Assembly: GCA_964399335.1 (NCBI GenBank)
Contig: CAYNQI010000001.1
Coordinates: forward strand, 24,361-88,360
Origin: an uncultured Thermoplasmata archaeon
GTDB lineage: Archaea; Thermoplasmatota; Thermoplasmata; Halarchaeoplasmatales; Halarchaeoplasmataceae
Reading direction: 5' to 3'
DNA: 64,000 bases
Of this stretch, positions 45,629 through 55,677 are shown in pieces. The position numbers and the translations under genes are program-made. The notes below the pieces were generated by a model. The model was not told where the DNA came from, did not search any database, and was given only the letters and a program-made list of their open reading frames with translations. Numbering within the stretch: position 1 is the first letter of the stretch; each line of letters opens with the position of its first letter.

Positions 45629-46924
45629 TTAGTCGTATTTATCGAGGAAAGAGAACCTCTCGTGTGCCGGTAGACCTTCTTTGTAGCAGTAATGTATCTC
45701 CTGGAAGTCATTTCTGAACTCGATAACATCCTCTTTGACCTTTTTGGGGTCCTCTCCGTCTTTCACGATACGCTTGATGAATTCTGCGACTTCTTGCATG
45801 TGTTTTTCCTTCATGCCCAAACGGGTAAGTTCTTGGGCACCTAATCTGATACCACTGGGTTCCTGAGCACTGTTAACATCGTCCCAAGGCATAAGGTTCT
45901 TGTTAGCGATCATGTTGGCTTCTTCCATGGCTTCTACTAAAGTTTCTCCTCCACCTTCTTCCTGTACGTCAACTGCCAGTGTATGAGACTTTGTGAATCC
46001 TTTGTGCTCGCACATAACGTCCATGTCTCTTTCATAGAGTGCCTGACCGAGGGCCTGAGCGTTCTTGATTATCTGTTTCGCATACTCTTTACCGAATTCT
46101 TGATGTTCTGCTAAAGATACTGCCAGGGCAGCCATGGTGTGAAGATGATGATTTGATAGAACCCCTGGGAAGACACCATAGAACAATTTCTGTTTCATCT
46201 CTTCATCCCTTGGATTTGAAAGGAGTATACCTCGCTGTGGACCAGGTAGTGTTTTGTGGGTGCTTCCAGTCATGACCTCTACACCTTCTCTAAATGGATC
46301 TTGGAACTCCCCTCCAGCGATCAAACCGAGAACATGGGCGGCATCGTACCAAACGTAACATCCTACATCTTCTAAAGTTTCTTTGAGTTCTTTTAATGGT
46401 GGTGGGAACAAGTACACCGACCTACCGAATAATGCGATATCCGGCTTCTCTTTCTTTAGCAGTTTCTTTGTACCCTCGACATCTATATTCATCTCATCGA
46501 CATTGAAAGGATATGTTTTAGGTTCCATACCTCTAAAACCAACTGAGCCGAATTTTGCACTGCTTATATGTGCTCCATCTGATACGTCCACCGAAGTGAT
46601 ACTCTTCCCGGGACCTCCCAAACCCATCAAAACAGCCTGATTTGCGTTGGTACCAGAGATCGGTCTGACATCCGCATAATCTACATCAAAAAGGTCTTTA
46701 GCAAGTTCCTGGGTTTTGATCTCAACTTTATCTACAAAGGTATTCCCTTGATAATACCTTCCACCAGGGGGGCCTTCTGCATATCGATCATGAAAATCAC
46801 TGATCAGTAATTCTCTTGCCATCGGACTGATTATGTTCTCCGAGGCGATCATAGGTAACGATCTCTTGAACCATTCATGATGTTTATCGACCTGTTCATA
46901 TATATAATCTGCATCTTGTTTCAT
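45629..46924 (-). CDS. glyA: Serine hydroxymethyltransferase
   Basis: IASEN, RYAEG, SGTNAN, GSTHKTLPGPQRG, SGIRLG. Confidence 0.97.
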   Translation of the reverse strand: MKQDADYIYEQVDKHHEWFKRSLPMIASENIISPMARELLISDFHDRYAEGPPGGRYYQGNTFVDKVEIKTQELAKDLFDVDYADVRPISGTNANQAVLMGLGGPGKSITSVDVSDGAHISSAKFGSVGFRGMEPKTYPFNVDEMNIDVEGTKKLLKKEKPDIALFGRSVYLFPPPLKELKETLEDVGCYVWYDAAHVLGLIAGGEFQDPFREGVEVMTGSTHKTLPGPQRGILLSNPRDEEMKQKLFYGVFPGVLSNHHLHTMAALAVSLAEHQEFGKEYAKQIIKNAQALGQALYERDMDVMCEHKGFTKSHTLAVDVQEEGGGETLVEAMEEANMIANKNLMPWDDVNSAQEPSGIRLGAQELTRLGMKEKHMQEVAEFIKRIVKDGEDPKKVKEDVIEFRNDFQEIHYCYKEGLPAHERFSFLDKYD

Positions 46925-47051
46925 AGTTATACCTCAAGAGGTGATTGTCTTTTCAATATTAAACCATTTTGTTTAAGTAAATGTCGAATCAAGACAATTT
47001 TTTTATAGTTCGCGGAGCTTATTATAGTAAAGATAATTGAAGGAGATAACA

Positions 47052-48209
47052 ATGGCGCGAGTAGAAGATTTTCAGGCAAAGGACGTGATGACCAAGAATT
47101 TTATAACTGCTAAACCCGATGATAAAGTCTCTGATGCCATCGGCCTTATGCGTAAACACGATGTGGCAGAGATACCTGTTGTCGATAATGAGGAGGTGGT
47201 AGGAATAGTTGCTGAAGATATGTTCGTTAAAAAAAGACATCTACCTTTTTCCACTAAACTAGCCCATATCATGACAAAACCACCTAATGTTGAACAGGGT
47301 GACAATATTATAGATGTCAGTGAGCTCTTATTATCGTCTGGATACAGGGGGATACCGGTCAAATCAAATAACGATATAGTGGGATTCGTTTCCCGGTCAG
47401 ATATTATTGAAGTGATTCCAGAGATAGATGAGCTTAAAAAATCCACTGTCGGAGAATACATGACCCCGTCTCCTACTACCATAAGAGAGCATGACAGTAT
47501 TATTAAAGCTAAAAACATGATGGATAACCTAGATGAAAAAGTCATACCGGTGACCGATGAACATGGGAGAATTTCAGGGATGATAGGTATAAAAGATATT
47601 ATCAAAGAGAGTTCTCGACCGGTATCTAGACACGAAAAGGGTGAGAAAAGTGGGGAGAAGGATTCACCATATTCAGATATGGAGATCAGGAGTATGATGG
47701 TAACACCCCCAATTACTACGACACCAGGGGAAAGTATACATGATGCAGCTGAAAAGATGAGTAAAAATAACATATCCACATTAGTTGCTGTTGAAGACGA
47801 GGCTATCAAAGGTATACTTACTCAGATCGATCTGATAGAAACCATAGCTAGTTTTCGGGAATCTGATCAAGTATATGTCCAAATAACAGGCTTAGAAGAA
47901 GATCCCGATGTATACGACCAGATGTATCAGATGGTTCAAAAATATTTACAGAAGATCAACAGAGTGTTGAAACCTCTTGTATTGAACATCCATGTGGTGA
48001 CCCATCAAACATCAGGCCATGAAAAGAAATTCAGTATTAGACTGAGACTGAATACCGACCATGGTATGTTCTATGCAAAGAAATTCGATTGGAACATAAT
48101 GAGAGCTTTGGATGAAGGTCTAAACAGTTTGCAGAAGAAAATTTACCAGGACAAAGAAAAGAAATTAGATAAGTATAGGAAACACCCCAAATACAGGGAA
48201 TCACGATAG
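47052..48209 (+). CDS. Four CBS domains plus a C-terminal HPF/RaiA-like domain (ribosome hibernation factor candidate)
   Basis: Four CBS repeats, then VQITGL...LNIHV.....KFSIRLRL.T..G.F.A...DWN...ALDE.L..L.K.I; ATG 47052 follows AGGAG. Confidence 0.75.
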   Translation: MARVEDFQAKDVMTKNFITAKPDDKVSDAIGLMRKHDVAEIPVVDNEEVVGIVAEDMFVKKRHLPFSTKLAHIMTKPPNVEQGDNIIDVSELLLSSGYRGIPVKSNNDIVGFVSRSDIIEVIPEIDELKKSTVGEYMTPSPTTIREHDSIIKAKNMMDNLDEKVIPVTDEHGRISGMIGIKDIIKESSRPVSRHEKGEKSGEKDSPYSDMEIRSMMVTPPITTTPGESIHDAAEKMSKNNISTLVAVEDEAIKGILTQIDLIETIASFRESDQVYVQITGLEEDPDVYDQMYQMVQKYLQKINRVLKPLVLNIHVVTHQTSGHEKKFSIRLRLNTDHGMFYAKKFDWNIMRALDEGLNSLQKKIYQDKEKKLDKYRKHPKYRESR

Positions 48210-49205
48210 GCCCCAGTACTTCTTGAGAGTAGCTTTCGTTTCCAAAATCTCTTCCCTTCCTTTTTGTTCCGTATCACTCACTTTTGTATATTCTAGTGAA
48301 ACCTCTTTTCCACTTTCTGAAGCAACTATACCTGCAGCTATCTCTGAGAGGCATTCTAGGTGGTATCCGCCTTCGAGCATGTGTGATACAGAACCCTTAC
48401 ACAACTTTTTTGACAGGGCTGTGATCCTTTCAGCCATCCTGATATAACATTGGCTGGAATATGTTAGACCCGTGAGTTTGTCTGCATAATGCCCATCAGT
48501 TCCAAAAGAAACGATTATAGTTTTAGGTTGGTACTGATTCAATATGGGTTTCATTATCTCGGTCCAAGCTAGATCTAAGGTGGAATCCCCACGTCCTGTT
48601 TTTAAGGGTATATTTATGTTGTACCCCTCGCCGGGCCCTTGACCAACAGCTACAGCCTCACCGGTACCAGGGTAAATTCCATGATGATGTGCTGAGATAT
48701 AAAGAACGTTAGGATCCGAGTAAAATATATCGCTAGTACCGTTCCCGTGATGAGCATCGAGGTCTATTATTGCAACCCTACCGGCGTTTACCTGATTTGC
48801 GGCGATGGCAGCGTTATTTAAGTAACAAAATCCTCCCCCATAATCCTTCCCAGCATGGTGACCTGGTGGCCTGAGAAGTGCTAAGGTCCTTTCACCACTT
48901 AATGCTTTTTTAATACCCTCTAAAGCTCCACCCGCTGCTAGCTTAGCTATCTCATAAGTATCTTCATCAAGGTAAGTGTCCCCACCATCGATATATTGCC
49001 CATAGCTACTTTTTAACATATCAAGATATCTAGGTGTGTGTGTTTTTTCTAAAATTTCTCTTTCCGCAGGTTCGGGTATCAAAACATCCTCGATCAGCTC
49101 TTCATCTTCCAGTCGAGTCAATATAGAATTAAGTCTATCTGGTGATTCTGGATGGGTGCCAAATTGTTTATGATCCAAATATTTCGGATGGAATATTATG
49201 TCCAT
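48201..49205 (-). CDS. Histone deacetylase/AcuC-family deacetylase
   Basis: HPESPDRL, RPPGHHA, GFCYLNN, DLDAHHGNGT, LEGGY. Confidence 0.95.
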   Translation of the reverse strand: MDIIFHPKYLDHKQFGTHPESPDRLNSILTRLEDEELIEDVLIPEPAEREILEKTHTPRYLDMLKSSYGQYIDGGDTYLDEDTYEIAKLAAGGALEGIKKALSGERTLALLRPPGHHAGKDYGGGFCYLNNAAIAANQVNAGRVAIIDLDAHHGNGTSDIFYSDPNVLYISAHHHGIYPGTGEAVAVGQGPGEGYNINIPLKTGRGDSTLDLAWTEIMKPILNQYQPKTIIVSFGTDGHYADKLTGLTYSSQCYIRMAERITALSKKLCKGSVSHMLEGGYHLECLSEIAAGIVASESGKEVSLEYTKVSDTEQKGREEILETKATLKKYWGLS

Positions 49206-49254
49206 ATCCCGTTTAAATAAGCGAAATTATTTAAACGTTGACGTGAAATCTTAT

Positions 49255-49938
49255 ATGGATAAGATGAAGTATGCTGCTCTTTTTTCAGGAGGGAAGGATT
49301 CCGCCTTGGCGTTATGGAAAGCTCAAAAAGATGGTTTGAACGTAGAGTATTTAGTGACCGTATTTCCTGAAAGAGACGACTCCTATATGTTCCATAAACC
49401 GAATCTAGATTTTGTCCCAGATATCGCTGAATCATTGGGTATCGAGTTGGTAAAGGTTGGTACAGAAGGTGAAAAAGAAAAGGAGCTTGAAGATCTGAAG
49501 AGGGGTTTGGAGAGTTTGGAAGTTGATGGCATAATTACAGGTGCTGTGGCATCTTCATATCAGTATGAAAGGCTAGAAAATCTATCATCTCAGTTAGGGT
49601 TAGAACTGTATGCACCTTTGTGGGATATGGATCAAGAGATTTTATTAAATGAATTATTAGAAGATGATTTCGAAGTTATCATCGTGAGCGTAGCAGCCAT
49701 GGGTTTCGATGAAGAGTGGTTAGGTCGAGAGATCGACAGGGATTGTGTTGTTGAACTTGAGGGATTGAACGAAAAATATGGGATCAACGTTGCAGGAGAG
49801 GGCGGGGAGTACGAGAGTTTGGTACTTAATGCACCTAATTACCACTGGGGGTTTGAAGTGGTTCAAAGTAATATTAAATGGGACGGTCATCGTGGTGAAT
49901 ACGATATTAAAAGAATAAAGAAAAGGGATCGAAAATAG
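49255..49938 (+). CDS. dph6: Diphthine--ammonia ligase
   Basis: LFSGGKDS, SYMFH, GAVASSYQ, GEGGEYESLV. Confidence 0.9.
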   Translation: MDKMKYAALFSGGKDSALALWKAQKDGLNVEYLVTVFPERDDSYMFHKPNLDFVPDIAESLGIELVKVGTEGEKEKELEDLKRGLESLEVDGIITGAVASSYQYERLENLSSQLGLELYAPLWDMDQEILLNELLEDDFEVIIVSVAAMGFDEEWLGREIDRDCVVELEGLNEKYGINVAGEGGEYESLVLNAPNYHWGFEVVQSNIKWDGHRGEYDIKRIKKRDRK

Positions 49939-49958
49939 ATTAGGTCTCGAGTTATTTT

Positions 49959-50513
49959 CTATACCTGTCTATCCCTTTCTAAAACTGCTGACATACTCAT
50001 AGAAGCAAAACGAGGTGTTTTTTGTTTTCCTTCTTTTTCAAACTTATCTATACTACTTTCAGACAGGTATTTTTCAGCCTTTAAACTCTCGTAATGCCCT
50101 TTCTCCATCAATGCAATATATCTAAAAAACGTTTCATATTTTTCTTCACGTTTAGCAAGATGGTTGTAAAGATCGTAAGCGTTATCCTCAGCTGACATAG
50201 CACGATCAATAGCTTCGATCAGGTTCCTCACAGTTTTTATCTCTTTAACGAATTCACCCTCATGAGCTGGAAGGCCTTCAGCGTTAGGAACAACATAATC
50301 CTTATCACCAAATTCCATTTCATGCAGTTTTAAAAGCTCTTCCATATGTCTTTTTTCATCCATTGCTAAGTTCTTGAATTTTTCGGATGCTAAACCCTCT
50401 AGCTTTTTAGAAAGAGACATATAACCATCATGAGCTGCTTTTTCACCTTCTATAGAATATCCTACTAGTTCTTTGAAACTTATTTCGTTCAATTTATCAT
50501 ACATCCTAATCAC
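49959..50513 (-). CDS. Ferritin/rubrerythrin-like di-iron protein
   Basis: EGEKAA..Y, DEKRH, AEDNAY..Y, MEKGH. Confidence 0.88.
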   Translation of the reverse strand: MIRMYDKLNEISFKELVGYSIEGEKAAHDGYMSLSKKLEGLASEKFKNLAMDEKRHMEELLKLHEMEFGDKDYVVPNAEGLPAHEGEFVKEIKTVRNLIEAIDRAMSAEDNAYDLYNHLAKREEKYETFFRYIALMEKGHYESLKAEKYLSESSIDKFEKEGKQKTPRFASMSMSAVLERDRQV

Positions 50514-50610
50514 TCTATATATTCGATTAATTCGCTGTTATTAAGTTTTTCTACGATGTGTTGACATAACCTATAAATAATACAGCTAACATTTGCATTA
50601 CGGTGCAAAT

Positions 50611-52050
50611 ATGCGAGAGATCACTGATTATGCTATAAAAAAATTAGAGGACTCGGATATCCAATATGGTGACATAAGATTTTCTGATATATTGACTCAA
50701 TCGATACAGGTGAGGAACGGTTCTGTAGAAACTATAAAAGACAATACCAGCAAGGGATTCGGTATAAGGATAATAGACAAAGGATGGGGCTTTGCTTCAT
50801 CATCTGTCTTGACCAAAAAGGGTATCGACGAGACCATTAAAAGAGCTAAGAAGATCGCTAAGGCTTCAGGTAAAACTTCCGAGGGGGTGGATCTGAAGGA
50901 AGTAGAGATTTATCAGGACAAGTATGTTAATGATTACAAGAAGGAGCCTTTTGAAGTGGATCTAGATGAGAAGATCGAGTATTTAGTAGATGTGAACGAG
51001 CGTCTCGATATCGATGATCAAATTAACGTACGAACATCCAATTTTAAGGCTTGGAGGTTCTTGAAAGAATTTGCTAGTACTGAAGGTGCACGGATAGAAC
51101 AGAAACTGATCCAGTGCGGTGGGGGTTTGAGTGTGACCGTTTCTGACGGAGAAGATGTTCAAACCCGAAGTTATCCCAATTCCTTCGGAGGAGATTATAG
51201 TTCAAGTGGATACGAATTCTTCGAAGGCATGGATCTTTTGGGTAATGCCGAGAAAACTGCCCAAGAGGGGGTCGATCTTTTGAAAGCTGAACAGTGTCCC
51301 GAAGGAAAAATGGATATCATATTGAATACGAATCAACTAGCTCTGCAGGTACACGAAAGCTGTGGGCATCCGACCGAGTTGGATAGGGCTCTTGGAACCG
51401 AAGCAAGTTATGCCGGTACTAGTTTCATGACACCTGACAAATTAGGAAAACTCAGATATGGTTCTGATATAGTTCACCTCACCTCTGACGCTACAGCAGA
51501 AGGTGGATTAGGAACCTTCGGTTACGATGATGAAGGAGTTAAAGCCAAGAAAGTTGATCTTGTGAAAGACGGTATGTTCGTTGGTTACCAGGCTTCTAGA
51601 GAAGATGCGGCCCAGGTAGATGTAGAAGTGAGTGGAAGCATGAGGGCCGACGGTTGGAGAAACTTACCTTTAGTCAGGATGACCAATATCAATTTAGAAC
51701 CTGGTGATTGGTCCCGTAAAGAGATAATCGAAGAAACCGATAAAGGTATCATCTTTGATGGGATCAAAAGCTGGAGTATAGATGATAAGAGGTTGAACTT
51801 CATGTTCGGAACTGAAGCTGGTTATCTAGTTGAAGACGGAGAAGTCAAGAAGTTGATCAAGAACCCCACCTATACAGGGATCACTTACGAATTCTGGAGA
51901 AGATGCAACGCCATATCTGGAAAAGATGATTGGAAACTCCATGGAGTCCCGAACTGCGGGAAAGGAGAACCGCCTCAGGTCATGAGAGTCGGTCACGGAG
52001 TTGCGCCTGCTCGATTTGAAGACGTTACCGTGGGGGTGGGAAAATGGTAA
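50611..52050 (+). CDS. tldD: TldD-family metalloprotease
   Basis: VHESCGHPTE (HExxxH), YDDEG, RMTN, CGKG. Confidence 0.95.
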   Translation: MREITDYAIKKLEDSDIQYGDIRFSDILTQSIQVRNGSVETIKDNTSKGFGIRIIDKGWGFASSSVLTKKGIDETIKRAKKIAKASGKTSEGVDLKEVEIYQDKYVNDYKKEPFEVDLDEKIEYLVDVNERLDIDDQINVRTSNFKAWRFLKEFASTEGARIEQKLIQCGGGLSVTVSDGEDVQTRSYPNSFGGDYSSSGYEFFEGMDLLGNAEKTAQEGVDLLKAEQCPEGKMDIILNTNQLALQVHESCGHPTELDRALGTEASYAGTSFMTPDKLGKLRYGSDIVHLTSDATAEGGLGTFGYDDEGVKAKKVDLVKDGMFVGYQASREDAAQVDVEVSGSMRADGWRNLPLVRMTNINLEPGDWSRKEIIEETDKGIIFDGIKSWSIDDKRLNFMFGTEAGYLVEDGEVKKLIKNPTYTGITYEFWRRCNAISGKDDWKLHGVPNCGKGEPPQVMRVGHGVAPARFEDVTVGVGKW

Positions 52051-53408
52051 GTAACGACTTAAAAAGTTCTGCTCAGAAGGTACTAGATAAAGTCCAAGTC
52101 GATGAAGTCGAGGTGTTGATACACAGAAAAGACAAGGCCTTGACGAGATACGCCAATTCCAAGATCCACCAGAATGTCGGACAGAAGGATTTCGACGTTT
52201 CCATAAGGGCGATCCTAGGTAAGAAAATAGGATCCGTTTCTACAAATTCGGTTGATGAAAAATCTTTGGTAGAAGCTCTACGCAGGGCTGAGAACATAGC
52301 TAAGCATCAAAAAAAGGATCCTGATTTTATCGGTCTCCCAGAACCTAAAGAGGATCGTTCAGGTAAAGAGAACTATTTTGAAGAAACTGTAAAATACACT
52401 CCAGATGAACGGGCTAAAAAGGTCAAAGAGATCATAGAGTATGCCAGCGGTAAAGGTGTTGACCGGATGTACGGAGCTTTCGAGACGGAAACCATCGAGG
52501 TACTTGTTGCAAATACTAATGGGATAATGAAAAGCAGCAGGATGAGTAAAGCCAATTTGACCGCTACCGCTATCGCAGACTGGGATAACGACCAAGGATT
52601 CGGTTGGAGTGAACAGTGCTCCGCTAACGTGAAAGATATCGATCACATGAATGTTGCTAAGACCGCTGTCGATAAGGGTTTGAACAATATGGACACTGAA
52701 AGTATAGAACCTGGAGAGTATACTGTGGTCTTAGAACCGTTAGCCGTTAACACCATGCTCATGTATCTTGCCATGATGGGTATGAGCGCTAAGAAAGTCC
52801 AGGAGAAAAGAAGTTTCATGAACGGTAAATTCGGAAAGAAGATCATGGACGAGCGTGTTAACATCTTCGACGATGCCATGCACGATGAGATGATCGGTTT
52901 CCCATTCGACTACGAAGGTGTACCTAAACAGAGAGTAGATATGATCAAGAACGGGATCGCTAACGATGTCGTTTACGATTCCTATACCGCTGGGAGGGAC
53001 GAAGAAGATAAAGAATCTACGGGACACGCCTTGCCGATGCCAAGCCCCATGAGTCCTATACCTCTAAATCTGATGATGGATACGGGAGATGCCAGCGTAC
53101 AGGAGATGATCGAAGATACAGAGAAAGGGATACTGGTAACTAGATTCAATTACTGCCGGCCGGTACATCCGGTAAAAGGTATATTGACAGGACTTACTAG
53201 AGACGGGACCTGGAGGATCGAAGACGGAGAGGTTACACAACCACTGAAGAATCTTAGGTTCACCCAGAATCTACTCGATGCGTTCAGCAACGTAGAATTG
53301 ATAGGTGATGAACGTGTACTGTTCTCACTGGGCTATTATCCGGGTTATACAAGTGTTCCCGCCATGAAGATACCGGAATTCAACTTCACTGGAACGACGG
53401 AATTCTAA
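52044..53408 (+). CDS. pmbA: TldE/PmbA-family partner subunit
   Basis: Lacks HExxxH; FDYEG, STGHA, TGLTRDG; overlaps tldD. Confidence 0.92.
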   Translation: MVSNDLKSSAQKVLDKVQVDEVEVLIHRKDKALTRYANSKIHQNVGQKDFDVSIRAILGKKIGSVSTNSVDEKSLVEALRRAENIAKHQKKDPDFIGLPEPKEDRSGKENYFEETVKYTPDERAKKVKEIIEYASGKGVDRMYGAFETETIEVLVANTNGIMKSSRMSKANLTATAIADWDNDQGFGWSEQCSANVKDIDHMNVAKTAVDKGLNNMDTESIEPGEYTVVLEPLAVNTMLMYLAMMGMSAKKVQEKRSFMNGKFGKKIMDERVNIFDDAMHDEMIGFPFDYEGVPKQRVDMIKNGIANDVVYDSYTAGRDEEDKESTGHALPMPSPMSPIPLNLMMDTGDASVQEMIEDTEKGILVTRFNYCRPVHPVKGILTGLTRDGTWRIEDGEVTQPLKNLRFTQNLLDAFSNVELIGDERVLFSLGYYPGYTSVPAMKIPEFNFTGTTEF

Positions 53409-53707
53409 AAAACTCTTTTTTCTTTTTTTGATATATTTGACAAAGGCAAGCTGTGGAAAAAGTATTTTGATATTCTAATTCACGTGTTAAGATAAAAAGC
53501 CCGCTAGATACAATCAAGGATACGGAGGAAAGAGGAAACATATGCTGAAATCGAAAAGCAATGATCACCGTGTTCACCTAGAGGAGGGAATATACGATAT
53601 AAAGTTCGGATATCCTAAGTTAAGCGAAATTCTTTTCAGGTCTGCTTCGTTTTTGGCATATACTCTACGCTATCCAAGCTTCTTCCACACCAAAAAGATT
53701 ATATTAT

Positions 53708-53727
53708 TGTGTTGCATTAGTAACACA
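53708..53727. promoter_or_regulatory. Palindromic operator upstream of the antitoxin gene
   Basis: TGTGTTGC-ATTA-GTAACACA, 9 bp before the RHH start codon. Confidence 0.6.
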
Positions 53728-53736
53728 TAGGATACG

Positions 53737-53964
53737 ATGACAACAAAAACTAAAACCCTCAACGTTAGAGTTACAGAAAGACAATACGACGAGTTAGAGG
53801 AACTCGTTGAGAGGGGTGAATATACCTCGAAAGGAGAATTTATTCGTGACTTATTGAGAGAGAAATTTGATGCTTTTTCAGAATATATTCATAATAAAGC
53901 TGAAAAAGACAGAGAAAAACATATTTCTCTTGAAGAATATGGGGAATCTAGAGGATTGGAATGA
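53737..53964 (+). CDS. Ribbon-helix-helix antitoxin
   Basis: TLNVRVT...DELEELVERGEYTSKGEFIRDLLRE; C-terminal ISLEEY. Confidence 0.88.
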   Translation: MTTKTKTLNVRVTERQYDELEELVERGEYTSKGEFIRDLLREKFDAFSEYIHNKAEKDREKHISLEEYGESRGLE

Positions 53965-54221
53965 GTTATTCTATTTTCCTCCATCCAGATGTAGAAAAAT
54001 ATCTTGATTCTCTTTCAGATAACCAGAAGAAAAACTGTTATGATGGTTTAAGAAAATTGTCTACCGATCCTTTTAAACCGAGATCGGGTTGCGATATAAA
54101 AAAGATGTCTGGCAGTAAAACCTTCTACAGATTAAGAGTTGGTAACCATAGATTTCTCTATGTTGTTAAAGATAATGAGATATTGGTGGAAGAAGCTTTC
54201 AAAAGGGAGAAAGGTTATTGA
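53961..54221 (+). CDS. relE: RelE/ParE-family toxin
   Basis: YSIFLHPDVEKYL, KKMSG...YRLRVGNHRFLY; ATGA overlap with the antitoxin. Confidence 0.92.
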   Translation: MSYSIFLHPDVEKYLDSLSDNQKKNCYDGLRKLSTDPFKPRSGCDIKKMSGSKTFYRLRVGNHRFLYVVKDNEILVEEAFKREKGY

Positions 54222-54520
54222 TGTTATATGCCAAAAACGGAGCAGACCCACGATTATACGACTTAGCAGAAGTTTATGCAGATATAACTGATTCGGTACC
54301 AGAGAAAACTCTAGATCTGAGAAATAATCCAAGATGGAAAGGTAAGAATTACACATATACGAGCTCTAGGCTTGACCGGATATATATAAGAGATACTTTT
54401 CCAAGATCTCCTCCTCTCCTGAAACGTTTCTCACTTTTTGGTAAAGATGTTGACGAGGGATCTGGATATTGTGCAAGTGACCATTATGGAGTTGTTGCAG
54501 AAATTATAATCGATCAATGA
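54218..54520 (+). pseudogene. C-terminal fragment of an endonuclease/exonuclease/phosphatase (EEP) protein
   Basis: RLDRIY and ASDHYGVVAE motifs present; N-terminal N/E and D-x-N motifs absent. Confidence 0.65.
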
Positions 54521-54562
54521 TGAGTGTTCTCCCTCAAACTAAAATAGAAAAAGAAATGGTTT

Positions 54563-55627
54563 TTAGAGAGGCAGTTCTCTAACTCCGGCAGATATCAATT
54601 TTACAAGGTTAAGTACATCGTCCCAGTGAGCACATTCCACTGTAGAATGTGAGTACCTGACCGGAACTCCTATCGATATGGTCAAACATCCAGATTCTTG
54701 GAGTGCCATACCATCTGTAGTTCCGCCGGTAACTCCATACTGGAACGGGATATCGTTCTCTTTAGCTACTTTCTTAAAATGCCTTACTAGTTTAGGAGTC
54801 GCTATGGCTCGAGCATCGACCATCCTTAGTACTGGACCGCCTCCGAGCTCTATGGGCTTGTAGAAACTTTCTAGACCAGGTGAATCCGATGTGGTGTATG
54901 TGTCGAGAGCTATCACATAATCAGGTTTCAGCGTATTACCTACGACTTTAGCTCCCCTCAAACCGATCTCTTCCTGGACACTCCATACATAGGATTGCTT
55001 GAACGATGGTCCGTCTTTCAATAGTTCTCTTAGAGCTCCTAATAATCCGAAACATCCGATCCTGTTATCCAAGGCTCTTCCAGCTACTATCTTATCGTTC
55101 ATCAACCTGAGTGGTTTCATGAAGACTATCGGGTCCGGTACGTCGATGCCCATCTTTTCCGCCTCTTCTTTGGAAGAAGCTCCTACATCAACGTAGGTCT
55201 TGGTCCATGAAACGACTTCGTCTTTTTTATCAGCATCAGTTGTCAGATGTGGTGCCTTGTGACCGATAACTCCGTTGACGGGACCTTTTTCAGTGTGGAT
55301 AGTTACGTGTCTTCCCGGTAGAAGTGAATCCTTGACTCCACCGATCTTTTTGATCCTTAAAAATCCATCATCTTCAATGTTCGAAACCACCATACCGATC
55401 TCGTCCATATGAGCTACCATGGCGACATGTGGTTCATCTCCAGATTTCTCGTATATCAGATTTCCGATATTATCTTCCCGGATGTTTTTTGGGTCACTAG
55501 CTTCGACCTGGTCCGCTATCAGACCGGCTATCTTATCTCTGATCGGATCTTCATAACCTGATACGCCTGGGGTCTTCAATATCTGCTCGAATTCGTCTAA
55601 TCCTTCTAATCTTTTCATATATATCAC
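54563..55627 (-). CDS. M42 (TET) aminopeptidase
   Basis: PGVSGYE, AHMDEIG, ALDNRIG, VQEEIGLRGA, GGTTDG, YSHS. Confidence 0.95.
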   Translation of the reverse strand: MIYMKRLEGLDEFEQILKTPGVSGYEDPIRDKIAGLIADQVEASDPKNIREDNIGNLIYEKSGDEPHVAMVAHMDEIGMVVSNIEDDGFLRIKKIGGVKDSLLPGRHVTIHTEKGPVNGVIGHKAPHLTTDADKKDEVVSWTKTYVDVGASSKEEAEKMGIDVPDPIVFMKPLRLMNDKIVAGRALDNRIGCFGLLGALRELLKDGPSFKQSYVWSVQEEIGLRGAKVVGNTLKPDYVIALDTYTTSDSPGLESFYKPIELGGGPVLRMVDARAIATPKLVRHFKKVAKENDIPFQYGVTGGTTDGMALQESGCLTISIGVPVRYSHSTVECAHWDDVLNLVKLISAGVRELPL

Positions 55628-55635
55628 CTATAACA

Positions 55636-55665
55636 GGGGGAGACCCCTGTTTTTCAAGTGGAAAC
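55636..55665 (-). promoter_or_regulatory. ORB-like origin recognition box, copy 1
   Basis: Minus strand GTTTCCACTTGAAAAACAGGGGTCTCCCCC fits TTCCAnTnGAAA-N3-AGGGGT; 29/29 identical to copy 2. Confidence 0.65.
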
Positions 55666-55677
55666 TTGCGAGACCAC

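Noticed and set aside
50611-53408. Apparently higher GC in tldD/pmbA as a sign of horizontal transfer
   Set aside because: Judged by eye only; glyA and the M42 gene look similar and there are no mobility features
53409-53707. ORF 53542-53730 and surrounding spacer
   Set aside because: No recognisable motif; may be degraded coding sequence but cannot be supported
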